DNA of 64,000 nucleotides from Coraliomargarita sp. (GTDB lineage Bacteria; Verrucomicrobiota; Verrucomicrobiia; Opitutales; Coraliomargaritaceae): NCBI GenBank assembly GCA_965216325.1, contig OZ244160.1, positions 1,856,001 to 1,920,000 of the forward strand, read 5' to 3'. Shown piece by piece: positions 59,952 to 64,000 of this stretch (position 1 is its first letter; each line of letters starts with the position of its first letter). The notes under the pieces were generated by a model. It saw only the letters and a program-made list of their open reading frames with translations, ran no database searches and was not told where the DNA came from. The position numbers and the translations under genes were made by a program.

Positions 59952-62900
59952 ATGTCAGTTAAAAAGTCCTCCAAACAAACTCTTCTACTCGGCGCACTCG
60001 CAGCGCTGATAGCAGGAGCCTACTTTTTTACAACGGATCGTTCTGCGCCTGTCGCGCCGGACGAAGCTCAGCAGCTTGCCAGTGAGCAGCCCGCAGCACC
60101 CGCAGAGTCGGTAGTCGACAATGCAACAGAGGAAGCGGCTCACCCGGACGATTGCGCACATTGCCAGGCTGCAGCCCCGGCAGTGACGCCGACTATGTTG
60201 AAGAGCTTGGATGCGGTATTTGCCGATCTTGCAGCATCGAAAGACCGCATCATCCCGAAGAGCACCTTCGACTTCTTCCACGGGGCACGCTATGGTCAGC
60301 CCGCGAGCGTTGAGCTCGCCGGTCGCACTTATACAGGTCAAGTCACCGTGGCTCGCGAAGACCACGAGTTGGCACGCACCTACGGCATGGCACTCGACGA
60401 TGATCTGGGTGCGATGATCGTATCCACTGACGGCGCTGGTTTCATGCGCGGTCACGTCCTGTTCAAGGGCGATTCTCGTGCAATCTCCTTCAAGGAGGTT
60501 CCACAGGGCAAGGATGTCCATGAGCCGAGCGTGGTGCTGGCTCAGCAATCAATCAGTGACATCTTCTGTGCGCCGCTCGACGCGATCTATGTTGGTCCTG
60601 GTGTGAAATCGCCGAGCGGAGCGGGAAGGATTTCTGAGGCCGCACTCGTAGCTGCAGCAGAGGAAGCAGAGGGGGATGGAGAGATTCCAATCGCTGCCGA
60701 TTTGATTATCCCGGTTCTGAATAGTATTACTGATCCAGCGGACTATCAGCACGTGATGTTTCTGGACTTTGGTGGTGGAGAGGTCCGAAACACACCGTGG
60801 AATGTCACCCAAACTATTGAAACAGACGAGGAGTATCTAGGGCTAAACCTTGATCTGATTAATGTAAACGATCTCAACGAAGTTTTATATCCGCCGATTA
60901 AGTATGCGCCGAAAAGCCGTGCGGATGAGCCGCAGTGGGTCCAGCAAATCTGGCGTCGTGTGGTCGAAGACTACGCTCCGTTCCAAATTAACGTTACCAC
61001 GGATAAGGCGGTCTATGAAGCTGCTGATGTAGATAAGCGCCTGCATGTCGTGATTACCTCCACTGGCGATGTTTTCCCCAGTGGAGTTGCTCACCTTTAC
61101 TCGTATCGTGAAAATTCACCGGTTGTCTGGGTTGTGCAGAATTACTTCGGTATCGACATTGTGGATGAAGCCTTGATTGCGAGCACGATTTCTCACGAGG
61201 CAGGTCACGCCTTTGGCCTTAGGCATGATTACGAAACGTTTTACGCGGAGGGTAGTGGGGAGGACTACTACTTGGGTCATAACGGCTCCTATACGCCTGG
61301 CTGGGCACCAATCATGGGGGCCTTTGATGGCGATGACGTTGCCGATGAAGTCGAACAATGGAGTATTGGCGAATTCCCAAATTCCGCAAATTCCGAGGAT
61401 GACGTTGCGATCCTTGGCGACACGACCGATCCACAGCTTGAAGCTGATGAAGCTGCATATATTGAGTATTTAGGCACCACGGATAGTGGCCAGAATTTCT
61501 ACGATCTCTACTACCAAACGGGCATTGAAGTTAGCAACGGCTTCGGCTTCGTGCAGGACGACCATGAGGAAGCTCTCGATTCTGGGCGCGCGATTATCGG
61601 TCTGGAGACTGAAGATCCTCTTGTGGTTACGACTACTACAAGTGGTGTGATTTCGAGCCGTGATGATAAGGATGTGTTCCGAGTGCTACCGTCTGACTCT
61701 GGCCTCATGCGCATCATTATTTCTCCACTGGATGTGGATTCACCTTATTTCGAAGGTGCATCCTTTACCTCTGGTGCGAATCTTGCGGTGGATGCGCAGC
61801 TGTTGGATAGCGAAGGTGCAGTCATTTTCGACGGACGCGACTTTGGCGGCAATGAGTTGTCCTCAGTGATCGAAGGCTCCGTCGATGCGGCGGAAGAGTA
61901 TTATCTGGTGATCGATGGCGGTGGCCGTGGCGATAACCCGCAGACTGGTTTCAGTGATTACGGCAGTTTGGGTGAATACAATATCCGTGCGGAGTTCGAT
62001 GTCGACCCACTGGCGGTCTATGGTAGCTCCGGTAAGATCCCGACCACTCTTGTCCCGAATGGCAGCACGACCGTGGATGAGGTAAACGGCACTGCTTTTG
62101 GCACCACGCCACTCGCAGTTGATGTGGCACACCCATTCCTTCTGGATAATCTCGCAACCATTGAGGATATCGAAATTTTATCCTTCACCTTCGAGTCCGG
62201 TCAACACTTCCGTGTGAGCCCAGCGAATCCAACTGGCATTATCAGTCCAACCTCCAGCGGGAAGTTGGTCGATATCGTGTATGACCCGGCCAGCACCGGG
62301 CTGCATGAGGATACTGCGATCATCACTTATGACTCGCTTGGCGAAACGCTCGAATACCGCTTTATGGTAAATGGTGCGGCGACGCAGTCCGCCACCCGCG
62401 ACAACTACGAGTCGAACGATAACTACACGACTGCCTATGCGGACGTGCCGGAAGACACATGGCTGTCCGACTATCAGGGCCTTGCGTTCTTTGCGTATGG
62501 TCAGCCCAGTGATACGCTGGATTGGTATAAATTTACGGTCGGCACGAATGATGATTTGCTGACGGTCGCAACGAGTTATGATCCAGCTCAAGGAAGCATT
62601 GAGTTCGAATTGTATGATTCGAACCCTTCAACGGGTGCCCCTCTGACCAATGATCCCATTGGCATCACCACTGCTTCAAATGGTATTCTTCAGTTCTCCA
62701 TCCCGTCGACCTACACAGGCAAGCAGCGGACATTCTACTTGCTTGCAAAGACACTCGATCCCGGTAACCCAAAGCAAGAATACGATTTGATCTGGGCAGC
62801 AACCGAGTTCGTTAGCGGTGACGATGATAACTATGAATCCAATCCCCTCACGGGTGATGAAAATGATATTCGAGCCAATGCGACACAGATCACCAGTGAA

Positions 62901-64000
62901 TCGCCTCCTCGCTTCTCAGATACAGACAGAGGCTTGGGCCTCCTAAAGGACGAAGACTGGTATTATTTCAAAATTGAAGAAAACGATACTCTACCGCTCT
63001 ACCGCATGCTCTATGTGGCTGCGGAGTTTGATCATACCCAAGGCAACATCGACATTCAGGTCTTCTACTCGCCAACTGAAAATGGACCGCTTGATGAGAA
63101 TGTGAACTTCTTCTTGGATTGGCGTTCAGCGACAACCAAGGACAAAGAGGTGGTCACGGCCTACTTCCCGATCAATATCGAGCAAACGGACCCTGAGGCG
63201 ATTGATTACCCTGGAGAAAATTACGTCGATAACATTCTTCCGGATGGCAATAACAACATCATCGGCTTGAGAGCGGGTTACTACTATATTCACGTAACCG
63301 GTGATTATGCAGAGAATGAATATGATCTAATTGTAGAGCCATTGCAGGATGACGCTTACGAGCTGGTTGCGCCGGGTGTGGAGAATGACGTGCGTTCAAC
63401 AGCCTATTCGCTAGAGGAATCGATTCTCAATACCTGGCTTTCGGAGATCGATGGTCTCGGCACCAGCGCGAACTATGTGGAAACACAGACTGAGGGGGTC
63501 ATCAGTGCGACACCCGATAGTGACTGGTATTCTTTCACGATCGATGCATCGGAAGTGGTCGAACAGATCAGTGTGCAGTATTACTACATTAATGGTGTGA
63601 TTGATATCGCCCTGTTGGATAGCGCAGGTAATGTGATCGCTACCAACTTGGAATCCGGTGAATTCGGTGTGATCACTGCTGCTGCACCTACAGGAAACAC
63701 TTTCTACGTTCATGTGATAGCTGAGGATCTTGTTGAACCACTTGGCGGCTACGACTTCATGGTGACCTATTCGGCGGAGCCGCTCTTCATTCCGGATCCG
63801 ATTGAAGATAACTACGAAGAGAACGACAACTTCCTGGAGCCGTATAACATTTCCAGCAACGAGGGGCGCTACCTCTCTTCCTTGGCTGGCTACGGCTTCC
63901 AGCTCGACCCGGATTGGTATGCAGTGAATATTCCAAGCAATGCCTCTAAGGTGGAAGCGACGCTCTTCCACGTGGCTGCGGACGGCGATATGGACCTCTT
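59952..64000 (+). CDS. Large exported metzincin metalloprotease with PPC-like repeats (3'-partial)
   Basis: Read by hand from ATG 59952: MSVKKSSKQTLLLGALAALIAGAYFF; FLDFGG, IWRRVVEDYAPFQINVTTD, HEAGHAFGLRHD at 61194 (in frame), Met-turn WAPIMG; repeated D(N/A)YE..ND..DWY modules; still in frame at the window end, which explains its absence from the ORF track. Confidence 0.9.
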   Translation, partial: MSVKKSSKQTLLLGALAALIAGAYFFTTDRSAPVAPDEAQQLASEQPAAPAESVVDNATEEAAHPDDCAHCQAAAPAVTPTMLKSLDAVFADLAASKDRIIPKSTFDFFHGARYGQPASVELAGRTYTGQVTVAREDHELARTYGMALDDDLGAMIVSTDGAGFMRGHVLFKGDSRAISFKEVPQGKDVHEPSVVLAQQSISDIFCAPLDAIYVGPGVKSPSGAGRISEAALVAAAEEAEGDGEIPIAADLIIPVLNSITDPADYQHVMFLDFGGGEVRNTPWNVTQTIETDEEYLGLNLDLINVNDLNEVLYPPIKYAPKSRADEPQWVQQIWRRVVEDYAPFQINVTTDKAVYEAADVDKRLHVVITSTGDVFPSGVAHLYSYRENSPVVWVVQNYFGIDIVDEALIASTISHEAGHAFGLRHDYETFYAEGSGEDYYLGHNGSYTPGWAPIMGAFDGDDVADEVEQWSIGEFPNSANSEDDVAILGDTTDPQLEADEAAYIEYLGTTDSGQNFYDLYYQTGIEVSNGFGFVQDDHEEALDSGRAIIGLETEDPLVVTTTTSGVISSRDDKDVFRVLPSDSGLMRIIISPLDVDSPYFEGASFTSGANLAVDAQLLDSEGAVIFDGRDFGGNELSSVIEGSVDAAEEYYLVIDGGGRGDNPQTGFSDYGSLGEYNIRAEFDVDPLAVYGSSGKIPTTLVPNGSTTVDEVNGTAFGTTPLAVDVAHPFLLDNLATIEDIEILSFTFESGQHFRVSPANPTGIISPTSSGKLVDIVYDPASTGLHEDTAIITYDSLGETLEYRFMVNGAATQSATRDNYESNDNYTTAYADVPEDTWLSDYQGLAFFAYGQPSDTLDWYKFTVGTNDDLLTVATSYDPAQGSIEFELYDSNPSTGAPLTNDPIGITTASNGILQFSIPSTYTGKQRTFYLLAKTLDPGNPKQEYDLIWAATEFVSGDDDNYESNPLTGDENDIRANATQITSESPPRFSDTDRGLGLLKDEDWYYFKIEENDTLPLYRMLYVAAEFDHTQGNIDIQVFYSPTENGPLDENVNFFLDWRSATTKDKEVVTAYFPINIEQTDPEAIDYPGENYVDNILPDGNNNIIGLRAGYYYIHVTGDYAENEYDLIVEPLQDDAYELVAPGVENDVRSTAYSLEESILNTWLSEIDGLGTSANYVETQTEGVISATPDSDWYSFTIDASEVVEQISVQYYYINGVIDIALLDSAGNVIATNLESGEFGVITAAAPTGNTFYVHVIAEDLVEPLGGYDFMVTYSAEPLFIPDPIEDNYEENDNFLEPYNISSNEGRYLSSLAGYGFQLDPDWYAVNIPSNASKVEATLFHVAADGDMDL

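Noticed and set aside
60140..60170. CAHC in the protease N-terminus as a heme c site
   Set aside because: The sequence is CAHCQ, not CxxCH.

Overview
Window from what looks like a free-living Verrucomicrobiota (Opitutae-like) chromosome; the lineage is inferred from an Amuc_1098-1102-like secretin cluster and a recurring C-terminal tail typical of that phylum. Bases 1-28.9 kb hold a tightly packed + strand operon, cut by the window start, of six genes: five very acidic extracellular-type proteins and a PpiC foldase lipoprotein. Its centrepiece is a 2981-aa signal-peptide protein whose last ~600 aa follow, motif by motif, the channel helices and TcB-binding domain of Tc-toxin A subunits (comparison from memory, no search run), with no TcB or TcC gene visible. 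Its partners are two uncharacterised proteins, an RTX/Calx-beta protein, the foldase and a 4.4k-aa Ig/cadherin-like adhesin with a 1186-aa internal duplication. This is the best candidate for an undescribed system. The rest: an outer-membrane barrel, metH with a palindromic operator, a delta-60 propeller protein, a small secreted Cys-repeat peptide, rsmG, a porin-urtABCDE-ureABCEFGD-nikM urea operon with a sigma54-like promoter, def, SOUL and NUDIX genes, the five-gene secretin/PilM cluster, and a large metzincin protease running off the right edge (absent from the ORF track). No rRNA, tRNA, CRISPR array or transposase was recognised.
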